A stretch of DNA of 64,000 nucleotides from Chiloscyllium plagiosum. Taxonomy: Eukaryota. Both the position numbers and the translations under genes were made by a program. The stretch is from contig NC_057718.1 of NCBI RefSeq assembly GCF_004010195.1, positions 33,627,851-33,691,850 on the forward strand, in the 5' to 3' direction. The notes beneath the pieces are model-generated. The model had not been told where the DNA came from, did not search any database, and was given only the letters and a program-made list of their open reading frames with translations. The number at the start of each line of letters is the position of its first letter. Positions within the stretch are counted from its first letter, which is position 1. Positions 36,101 to 48,100 of the stretch are shown here, piece after piece.

Positions 36101-39100
36101 TTCTTTCGTTCTTTCTTTCTTTCGTTCTTTCTTTCGTTCTTTCTTTCGTTCTTTCTTTCGTTCTTTCTTTCTTTTTTTTATAATTATTCAAAAATACACT
36201 TGTGAATGCCACAATTTGAAATTGTCTCGACTATAGATACAATGTAATGGGTTTAAACAAAAAATGTGATAGGAAGAGTAAATGAGCTGAATATAAGTTC
36301 AATGGAGAAAGACTGTGGAAATCTATAGCACCGAGATTTGGGAGTAGTATTACCTCTACTTTTCTTCTGTGCAGACCTCCAGGGTCCATGTCCAACAGAG
36401 ACTTCCCAACCGGAAGTCAATGCTGCGATTTTTGATGGTCCACCTTTTGCAGGAGCTTAGAGCGAATGTTGTTTGAGGGGAATAATGTGTAAATCACAAA
36501 ACAATAGCCAACTTCAGCAGATAATTTGGTGGGAAAATGAATGTTAGTTTTTCAATGAGAATTAACTGTTAAAATTGGGTTATCTTGCTAAAACTATACA
36601 AGGCATGCATCAGACAACACCCAGAGTACTGTGAATAGTTTTGGTCCCCTTATCTAAGGAAAGGTTTCCTGGCATTGGATGCAGTTCACTGAACTGATCC
36701 TTGGTATAGGGGAATGATCTTATCAGGAGAGGTTGGGTTTGTACTCTTTGGACTTCAGAAGAATGAAGGGCAACCTTATTGCAACATACAGGATTCTTAG
36801 ATGACTTAAGAGGATTAGATTAGATTAGATTACAGTGTGGAAACAGGCCCTTCGGCCCAACAAGTCCACACCGACCCGCCGAAGCGAAACCCACCCATAC
36901 CCCTACATTTACCCCTTACCTAACACTACAGGCAATTTAGTATGGCCAATTCACCTGACCCTGCACATCTTTGGATGGTGGGAGGAAACCGGAGCACCCG
37001 GAGGAAACCCACGCAGACACGGGGAGATAGGTCATGATAGGTTATTTCTCCTTGTTAGAGAATCTAAGAGCAGAAGCTACAATCTTAAAGTAAGGGTTTG
37101 TCCAGTTAGGATGGAAATCAGAAGGAATTTCTTTTCTGGACATAGTAAATCTGTGGAATTCTTTACCAGAGAGCTGCAAAGTCATGTGAGCACATTCAAG
37201 GCTGAGGTAGACTGATGCTTAACCAGTAAAGGAATTGAGGATTATGGGAGATGTCAGGAAGGTGGAGTTGAGAATTGTCAGATCAGCTGTGGTCATATGG
37301 ACGTGGCACGAAAATAAGTGACTCTGCCCTTTGAGCTTGCTCTGCCATTCAGCAAGATCAGGGGTGATCTGATTTTAACTTCAGCTCTGCATTCCTGAAC
37401 ATTGTTGATAATCATTCAGTCCCTTGATAATCAAGAATTGTCTGCCTCTGTGTTGAAAATATTTAAAGGTTCTGCATTTACTACCTTTTTGAGGAAGAGA
37501 ATTCAACAGACAGTCAACACTTATTGAAATATGCCCCCTAGTTCTAGATTCTCCCAGAAGAGGAAAAAGCCTTTTTACATTTTGGAAGTCATGTCTCCTC
37601 AGGATCTTGTAATTTTTCAATTAAGTCACCTCTGACTCTTCTAAATTCAAGGGTGATATAGAGCCAGCCTGTGTAGGCTTTCTTCAAAAGGCAATCTCCT
37701 TATTCCAAGGGTTAGTCTAGTCACCCTTCTCTGGACTGCACCCACTGCATTAACATCCTTTTCCTAGTCCAGTACTTGTACACAGTACTCCATTGGGGAG
37801 ACCGGACGCCTTCTCTCAGAGCGCTTTAGGGAACATCTCCGGGACACCTGCACCAATCAACTCCATTGCCCTGTGGCCGAACATTTCAACTCCCCCTCCC
37901 ATTCTGCCAAGAACATGTAGGTCCCGAGCCTCCTCCTCTGCCACTCCCTCACCACCTGACGCTTGGAGGGAGAATGCCTCATCTTCCGTTTCAGTGCACT
38001 TCAACCCCAGGGCATCAATGTGGACTTCACCAGTTTCCTCATTTCCTCCCACCTTACCCCAGTTCCAACCTGCCAGCTCGCACTATCCTCATGACCTGTC
38101 GTATCTACCAATCTTCCTTCCCTCCTATCTGCTCCACCTTCCTCTCTGACCTATCACCTTCATCCCCACCTCCATCTACCTATTGCACACTTAGCTATCT
38201 TCTCTCCATCCCCACCCCCTCCCATTTATATCTCCACCCTGCTTCATTGCTGATGAAGGGCTTTTGCCCGAAACGTCCATTTTCCTGCTCCTTGGATGCT
38301 GCCTGAACTGCTGTGCTTTTCCAGCACACTCTAATCTTGACTCTGATGTCCAGCATCTGCAGTCCTCATTTTCTCCTAGAATTAGATGTGCTGCAGCTGA
38401 TGTTGCAGCATTTTTTTTAAAGTACTGAAACAAAAAGCATATTGCAATTGAAATGTAGGAGCAGTAATTTCGATAATGATGCCTTTCATTTTTATTTTCC
38501 AGGATTTTATGGTCTGGATATGTGGCACACTATTACAAGCTCTGTTTCCAGGTGCTTCATTTCCTAGGAAATTCATTGCCTTGAGTCTCTTAGGAATAAT
38601 TGCTGAGGTTTTTGAAAATTTGGAGGGTAAGTTAGATAATTTTAATTGTATGCTTGTGGGTCCAGGATCCTGAGTCCCCTAGCTAAAATGCATGTTTCAT
38701 GATATTTAGAGCTGCACTTTCTTAAACACAACTGCACTGCCTTTTGACCTTGCCTCCTTCAATTTTCTGAAGTGGTACTGTAACCATCAATGTTATGTCC
38801 CACGTTTTTGATATTTGCACTCTCCTGTTCCAGGTTTTGTCCTTGTATGGCTTTTTCTTGTTATAACTGAAAATGTGTTGCTGGAAAAGCGCAGCAGGTC
38901 AGGCAGCATAAGCCCTTCTTCAGGAATGAGGAAAGTGTGTCTAGCAGGCTAAGATAAAAGTTAGGGAGGAGGGACTTGGGGGAGGGGCGTTGGAAATGCG
39001 ATAGGTGGAAGGAGGTCAAGGTGAGGGTGATAGGCCGGAGTGGGGGTGGGCGCGGAGAGGTCAGGAAGAAGATTGCAGGTTAGGAAGGCGGTGCTGAGTT

Positions 39101-42100
39101 CGAGGGATTTGACTGAGACAAGGTGGCATTTCCAATGCCCCTCCCCCCAAATCCCTCCTCTCTACCTTTTATCTTAGCCTGCTGGACACACTTTGAGGTG
39201 TTCTCTGAAATGTTCCGCAAGTAGGTGGCCTGTCTCCCCAATATAGAGGAGGCCACATCGGGTGCAGCGGATGCAATAGATGATGTGTGTGGAGGTGCAG
39301 GTGAATTTGTGGCGGATATGGAAGGATCCCTTGGGGCCTTGGAGGGAAGTAAGGGGGGAGGTGTGGGCGCAAGTTTTGCATTTCTTGCGGTTGCAGGGGA
39401 AGGTGCCGGGAGTGGAGGTTGGGTTGGTGGGGGGTGTGGACCTGACGAGGGAGTCATGGAGGGAGTGGTCTTTTCGGAACGCGGGGAGGGGAGGGAAATA
39501 TATCCCTGTGGTGGGGTCCGTTTGGAGGTGGCAGAAATGACGGCGGATGATACGCTGTACATGGAGATTGGTGGAATGGTAGGTGAGGACCAGTGGGGTT
39601 CTGTCCTGGTGGCGGTTGGAGGGGTGGGGCTCAAGGGCAGAGGAGCGAGAAGTGGAGGAGATGCGGTGGAGGACGTCTGGGGGGAATTTGCGGTCTTTGA
39701 AGAAGGAGGCCATCTGGGTTGTACGGTATTGGAACTGGTCCTCCTGGGAGCAGATGCAGCGGAGACGAAGGAATTGGGAATATGGGATGGCGTTTTTACA
39801 AGGGGCAGGGTGGGAGGAGGTGTAGTTTAGATGTCTGTGGGAGTCAGTCGGTTTATAGTAAATGTTGTCTGTGTTGATTCGGTCGCCCGAGATAGAAATG
39901 GAAAGGTCTAGGAAGGGGATGGAGGAGTCTGAGACAGTCCAGGTGAATTTGAGGTCGGAGTGGAAGTTGTTGGTAAAGTGGATGAACTGTTCAACCTCCT
40001 CGTGGGAGCACGAGGCAGCGCCGATACAGTCATCGATGTAGCGGAGAAAAAGGTGGGGGGTGGTGACAGTGTAGCTGCGGAAGATGGACTGTTCCACATA
40101 TCCTACGAAGAGGCAGGCATAGCTGGGGCTCATGCGGGTGCCCATGGCTACTCCTTTGGTTTGGAGGAAGTGGGAGGATTGGAAAGAGAAGTTGTTCAGG
40201 GTGAGGACCAGTTCAGTCAGTCGAAGGAGGGTGCGGCGGGAAAGGAAGAAGCGGAGTCCTTCGTGATGGGGGATGGAGGTGTACAGGGACTGGATGTCTA
40301 CGGTGAAGATAAGGCATTGGGGAACGGGGAAGCGAAAATCATGGAGGAGGTGGAGGGCGTGGGTGGTGTCCCGAACGTAGGTGGGGAGTTCTTGGACTAA
40401 GGGGTACAGAACCATGTTGAGGTATGCAGAGATGAGTTCAGTGGGGCAGGAGCAGGCTGAGACAATGGGTCGGCCGGGATAGTCAGGTTTTTGGATTTTG
40501 GGCAGGAGGTAGAAACGGACGGTGCGGGGTTGTGCGAGTATAAGGTTGGAGGCGGTGGATGGTCTGGGAGATGAGGTTATAGATGGTCTGGGAGATGATG
40601 GTTTGATGGTGGGAGGTGGGGTCATGGTCAAGGTGTCCGCGAGCTGGCGTTTAGCCTCAGCGGTGTAAAGGTCGGTGCGCCAAACTACTACCGTGCCTCC
40701 CTTGTCTACCGGTTTGATAGTGAGGTTGGGGTTGGAACGGAGGGAGTGGAGGGTGAGAAGTTGGAGTGGGTGAGAGGGGTGGAGAAGTTGAGGCGGTTAA
40801 TGTGAATTCCTGATGAAGGGTTTTTGCCCGAAACGTCGATTTTACTGCTCCTTGGATGCTGCCTGAACTGCTGTGCTCTTCCAGCACCACTAATCCAGAA
40901 TCTGGTTTCCAGCATCTGCAGTCATTGTTTTTACCTTTTTCTTGTTATAGTCATTTGGTATACAACTGGTTTTGTTATTGTTTTGCCATATAACATGCTG
41001 TTATAGTTCACTGTCCTGCCAAAACTTACATTAATCCAGGATCATCTTGGAGAGAAGGATAAACTCTTGTTCCTTTTGGTGCCACCATATCTCCCTTGTA
41101 CTCCTTTCTTCTGCCTGCCCTAACTTAATTTTCAACAATTGTCAAGAAATTGTGGAATTCATTGCTTCTAATTTGAGATGACAGTTTCAACTGCCTGTCT
41201 TGCTTCTCTCTCCTCATTTCATCTGCTTGCCCTAACTCTGAACTTTAGCATTTTTGTCAGCATTATCTTTTATCTTCCCATATTCTTTCCAAGTTAATTT
41301 TCCATGAACAAGCTCGTAACCATCTAAATTCTCTTCCTGGCTGCTATGCTAATAGATATTGGAAGTGGTTTCCTCTTTTCAAATGTGGTTGCTTGATTTC
41401 AAAACTGTTGCACCTCTGTCTTCAAAAAACACAGCACTTCAGTTTCGAAATGTCTAGAAGTCTGGCTCCAGAAGTACATTGTTAGCCGTATTGGGGATTA
41501 AACTTAAATACACAATATTGTAAAGTTTGCAGTTGTTTTAACTTAAAAAAAATTCACTGTCCCGATGATGGATTCAGTAACTTTATTTAAAACATTTTCT
41601 GCAGGTCAGACCTATAGAGTGATGCAAATGACTGATGTCTTGCAGCCAGCCAATGTTGATGCTTTACTCGGGTGTTTGAGCAGCACTTTTGAAGAATTGA
41701 AGTTACTAGCCTATGACATTTTGAAGAAACTTCCACCTATAGTTTTAGGATTAAAGGTAACCTTCTTGAGAGGCAATTATTTAGTGATGGTTCATTAAGT
41801 TTCTAATTATATTTCTTAAAGCACGTTCTGTTTTAAGATTTCTTGATTTTTGAAATATATTTTTTGATATTTTGTAGATATTAATGAAGTACATATAATA
41901 AAAAATATTGCTTCTTGAATATCTGCCTCATCTCAGTGTTTAATGTTAAAATACTTGGGAGTGTCTGCCTTGGCTTCAAGTTGTATAAACAACAAGAATT
42001 GGAAACTGGATTAAATGGATGCTTACTAATAAACACTGGATCAGATTTTGCTGGAATGGGCATTTCAGAACATACCCTGTTAATTACACTCAGTACATAT

Positions 42101-45100
42101 TTAGATTTTAAAATGCTTTTTCCACAAAGTTCATGGAATCCCTACAATGCAGATAGAAGCCATTCAGTCCATCAAGTCAAAGAGCAATTGGTTGCAAACA
42201 AAACCTTTGCATATACACATACAACCATTTTGAGGTGATATGAAATGTTTTTGTCCTGATTCTCAATAGATCATTTGCTTTCTATTTCGGAAAGGTGAGA
42301 ATGAGGAAATGATTTGCTCATGAGTGTGTTAGTAGTGTCTATGTCTCTGTCAGCTGCTCTCACTGTCTGAGTATTTGTTTCCCTCTTGTGCCCTTGCCCT
42401 ATCACATGCACTCTGCTGCTGCTGCGTGTGTGTCTGTCTGTCTGTTTGTCTGTCTATTGGGCAATTAGCAACAAACAACACTCCAGTTTTCCTGACATTC
42501 TGTATTTGGCATATATGAGAGATTCAGCCTCTGCTTTCTGACACTGTTGTGTTGATTGTCAGTGCTCCACCCTTTTAAGTAACCACTGTGCAGTATTTTA
42601 TAGAAGCTTGGAATGACGCAGTGTCGAAGTATAGAAAATAGGACAAGAATAGGGCATTCAAGAATAGGGCCCTTTGAGCCTGCTTCACTATTTGGTATGA
42701 TTGTGGCTGATTTATTCTGCTTTCACCCCAATATCTTTTGATATTGTTAGCCCTAAGAACTATATTGTTTTCCTTCTTGAAAACACCTATTGTCTTTGAT
42801 TCCAATTCTAATACTCAAACTCTGTCTACAAGAGCAGGTCAAAGGCTGTAACTCTTGAACTGAATTTATTGTCACCTATACCGAGGCAGTGAAAAGCTTT
42901 GTCTTGCGAGCGATACAGGCAGATCACATAGTTAAATAGTATAGATAAGTAATTAATAGGTAAACAGTCACAAACAGTGAGTTTGTCAGTCCTTTCAGTA
43001 TTCTAACAACAGTAGGATAGAAACTGTTTCAAAACTGGCTGGTGTGTGTGTGTTCAGGCTTCTGTACCTTCTCCCTGATGGTAGAGGTTGTAGAAAAGCA
43101 TTGCCAGGGTGGAATGGATCTTTGAAAATGCTGACGGCCTTTCCTTGACAGCGGGCCTGGTAGATGGATTCAACAGTTGGGAGGTTGGTCTTTGTGATTG
43201 TTCGGGCCGAGTTCACCACTCTCTGTAACCGTCTCCAATCTTGAATGGTACAATTGCCATACGGGTAGTGATACATCCATGCCAAATTTCCTCAGCTGCC
43301 TGAGGAAGAAGAGACGTTGTTGGGCCTTTACGTCCACATGAAGAGTCCAAGAAAGCTTGTTGTTGATGACTACTCTCAGGAGCTTGACACTCTCCACTCA
43401 TTTCACTCTGTGCTGTTAATGTGTAGGGGGTCATGAGTAACATCCCACTGAAAGTCAATGATGAATTCCTTGGAGAGCGATGTTGTTCTCAGTGCACCAT
43501 TTTTCCAGGTCTTCCACCCCCCCCTCGTCCGTAGTCTGTTTCCTCACCAACTGAGATTCGACCGGCTGTAATGGTGTCATCAGTGAACTTGTAAATGGCG
43601 TTAGTCTGGCATTTGGCGATGCGGTCATGGGTATACAGCGAGTACAATAGGGGGCTGAGTATGCACTACTGGGGGGCTCCAGTGTTGAGTGTTCGTGAGG
43701 ATGAAATATTGTCCCCAGTCTTCACTGATTGTGGCCTGTGGTCAGGAAACTGAGGATCCAGTTGCAGAGAGGCTTAGTCTGAGATTACTAAATTTAGTAA
43801 TCAGTCTCGAGGGGATAATAGTGTTGAAGGCTGAACTGTAGTCAGTGAGTAGGATTCTTATATAGCTGTTCTTGGTGTCAAGATGTTGTAGGAAGGAGTG
43901 AATGGCAAGTGATATGACATCTGACATGGATCTGTTGATTCGATAGGCAAATTGAACTGGGTCAGGAGTAGTGGGGATGCTGGAGTGGATTAATGCCATG
44001 ACCAGCCTTTCAAAGCACTTCATGACCACTGAAGTTAGGGCCACTGGGCAGTAGTCATTGAGACATGCTGCATGAGCCTTCTTAGGCACAGGGATGATGT
44101 TGGCCCTCTTGAAACAGGCAGAGACAGTTGCCTGCTGCAGAGAGAGGTTGAAGATGTCTGAGAAAACCTCTGCCAGTTGATCTGCACACGCTCTGAATGC
44201 ACAGCCTGGTACTTTGTCTGGTCCAATCGCTTTTATTGGACTCACACAAAGGAAAATTAATCTGACCTCTGATGCAGTGATTGTTGGGAAAGGTTTGTCA
44301 GGACTTGTCGGAATAGGTGTTACCTCTTCGAAAGTCTGCTCAAAGTGAGCAGAGAAGGCGTTGAGACTATCTGGGAGGGACGTGTCATCGTCTGCTATCT
44401 TGCACTGTCTCTTTTTAGATCCTGTGATGTCATTCAGTCCTTGCCATAGTTGCCAGATGTCTGTCTGGGTCTCTAGTTTTGATCGATATTGGTCCTTGGC
44501 TTCTGAATCCCCAAAAACTTGTCCATCATTTACAAGGCATAAATCAGGTGTGTGATGGGATACTCGCCACTTACCAGAATGAGTTCAGTCGCAACAAGAC
44601 TCAAGAGGTTTGATACCATACAGAACAAAATAGCTCGCTTGATTGGCACCAAATCTACAGAATTCAATGTCTTCATCACTGACATGCTGTAGAAGCAGTG
44701 TTTACCATTTACAAGATGCACTGCAGAAATTCGTCAAGCTCCTTTGGATGGCACCTTCCAAACCATCTCGAGCATTGATCACTACTATCTCGAAGGACCA
44801 GGTCGGCAAGTACACTGCCATGTTCTGCTTCAAGCTGCTCTCCATCCTGACTTGGAAATATATTTTAGTTTCTTCTGTGTCCTTTGGTGAAATTTCCTCC
44901 TTAAAGGCATTGAGTCCCTAGATTGCAATGGATCAAGAAAGCAACTCACTACCAGCTACCATCTTCTGAAGAACAGCTAGGGTCGAGTCATATCCCCACA
45001 TTCTATCAGCCAATTTAAAACAAATATGGCTCTGTGGCTTGCTTCCTAGTGATGAATAAATGTAAACTTTCAGGATTGTTAGTTACCGTATTTTATTTTA

Positions 45101-48100
45101 TTTAGTTACCTGGTTTTAACCTTGATGAACTTTCAGTGAATTATATGAAGACGTACTGTATTTAGATGTACCCTTGTTGTGGATATCCATTCATGCTATC
45201 TTGTGAAATTGTTCACATTTTCCAGATTTTTGGGTAACACATAACTAGAATGATGTCTTCCTACTTAAACATTGCAAGTTCTGCTCACAAGATCTGCCAG
45301 TGAACTATATTATCCTACACTTAGGTCTTTGATTTCAGTCTCAGGAATTTTAAGTGACTTTGTCTCTTTTTTTTCATTTTTAAGCTTACCCCATCGTTAT
45401 ACAATGGCATGTCTATCTATGTAGCAATGTCAGTTCCATAACGCATATGTTAAGAAATTTAGATTTGGAGCAAGTGTTAAAGTATTTTTGGCAGATTTAC
45501 ATGGCTGTTTCTTTTGCCTGGAAATGTTTATTACTTGTTACTCTGCATCTCACCTTACAGGACAGTGAAAAATTGCAAACACTTTTGCAGACAGCTTTGG
45601 ATCTGTCAACCAGTACCAAACCTTATGATTGCATCACTGCTTCATACCTCCTGTCTCTTCTGGTACAGCAAGAAGGCTTAATGCCAGCTTTAAGTGCTTG
45701 CCCTTTGAAACAGCAGACTGGTTACCCGATTGATTACCTCGGCAAGGTTTGTGGAAAGCAATCTACAGATAAGGAAGTACTCGAAACCAATGTTTTAGAA
45801 GGTTAGTGTTCATTTGCAATTTAATATATTTTAATTTGATTTCTCTTCTGCCCTCCCTGCCATGCTGTATGGATTAATGCTGCAGAGACACAAATCCAAT
45901 CCTGCCACTGAGAAAATTTAAATTAAATTCATTAATTAATCTGTAATAAAAATTCTTGGGTTCTCATTAGCCAAGGCAATGGGAAGATTACGGGTGTGAC
46001 ATGGAATGTAGAATTCAAATCAAATATATCATGGTTACATAGGCTTGAGGGGCTGAATGGCTTATCTCTGCAGCTAGTCTGTATGTACATTCATATGACC
46101 CAAATATGCAGGATCGCGTAATGTTAAGAGGGACGGGGAGCCAAGAAAGGTTTGGAGGGGTAGCTTTTTTTTAATAAGAATGACATTTGTCCAAAGAAAG
46201 ATAACCTTAGTTCTGAACATCAAGTTATGAAATTAGCTTGTGTGAGGAAAGAAATTTCAAGGTATCAAGTCACTTTAGAGAGTAATTTCTAGGCTCCCTA
46301 ACAATAAGCATTTTAAAAGACATGGTACCAGAAATAATGGATTTTGTAAAAAAGCTCTGATGACTATCATGGGTGATTTTAATTTACTGTATATGGGAAA
46401 AGTCAATTGGTAAAAGTAGTTTGAATGATGAATTCATGGAGTATTTTCAGGATAGTTTCTTGGGCAATATGTTCTGGAGCTGGACAATGAATATGCTAAA
46501 CTGGATTATGTACAACAAGGTAGGATTAATTAATAACGTTATTGCTAAGGTGCCTTTACATAGCAGTGATAACAATGTAATTAAATTTTACATTTGGTTG
46601 AGGGAGAGAAAGTTGGATCTAAAACTAATGTTTTAAGCTAATCAAAACAGCCCAAGGAACTTTAAAACAAGTACATTTACTGAGGGGTGAAAGGGTACTG
46701 AGTAAATTATTAAAACTGAAAGCTGACAGGTCCCCAGGTCTTAATGGACTTTACCCTTGGGTTTTAAAATAAGTGGCTGCTGAGATTGTTGATGTATTGG
46801 TTTTAATTTTTCAAAATTCCACCGATTTTAAAAGATCCCACAAAAGTAGAAAATAGCAAATGAGGTTCCTTTATTCAAGAAATGATAAAAGTGAAGGCGT
46901 GTTTGCTTAACATCTGTTGTACAGAAAATACTGGACCTATTAAGGAGGTAAAAACAGTGCACTTAAAATTCAAGCAGAGTCATATGGCTTTTTGAAAAGG
47001 AGACCAATTTATTGGACATATTTGAGGATGTAACAAACAATGTGTATAAAGGGGAACTTGTGGAATTACTGTTTTTGGATTTCTGGAAGATATTTGGCAA
47101 TGTGCCACATCAAAGGTTACTATGCAAAATACGAACATGTGGTGTAGAGGGGAATGTATCAACATGGGTAGAAAATTGATTGGTGATAGGAAACAGTATA
47201 AGTATTAACAAATTGTTTCAGGCTGGCAAGATATGTTGAGTGGAGTGTGACCGGGATCAATGCTGCAGTCACTTATCTCAAATACTTGCATGCAGGTTTG
47301 AATGTATGATAGCTAAATTTGTTGATGACGCAAAGAAAAGGTAAGTTATAAAGAGAATGTAAAGAATCTGTAAAGGGATATAGGTGGGCAAAACTTTGGT
47401 AGATGAAATATAATGTGTGTACATGTGAACTTATTCATCTTTCGGTAAGAAGAACATGTTATATGATTTAAATGAATTGTTGATGTCTGATGTATAGAGG
47501 GAGTTGGGTGTCCTGCTAAATGAATCAAACATTTGTATACAGATACAGCAAGTGATTAAGAAGACATGGCTGTTATATGCCTTCCCTTTGCAATAAATTC
47601 TAAAAATAGTGTTTTATTACTATCGCCTATGATGTCGTGAAGGCCATATCTGGAATGCTGTGTATCGATTTGATCTCTATTTAAGAAGGATTATAAATGC
47701 AAATGTAAAAGAGGCATTTCAGAGAATGTTGACTTGATTGATACCTGGAATGGAGATATTACCTTTTGAGGAAAGGTTGGACAGGCTTAACCAACATTTA
47801 TTAGAATTTAGAAGAATGAGAGATGGCCTTATTTATAGAGTCATAGAGTCATAGAGATGTACAACATGGAAACAGACTCTTCGGTCCAACCTGTCCATGC
47901 CGACCAGATATCCCAACCCAATCTAGTCCCACTTGCCAGCACCCGGCCCATATCCCTCCAAACCCTTCCTATTCATATACCCATCCAGATGCCTCTTAAA
48001 TTTTGCAATTGTACTAGCCTCCACTACTTATTTAAGCATATCAAATCCTGAGGGGACTTGAGGGAGGATTAAAATATGTTTAGCCTTGCAGTGGTGGAGG

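Noticed and set aside
39080..40400. Overlapping ORFs (184, 201 and 146 aa)
   Set aside because: Shadow frames of the PLE RT ORF.
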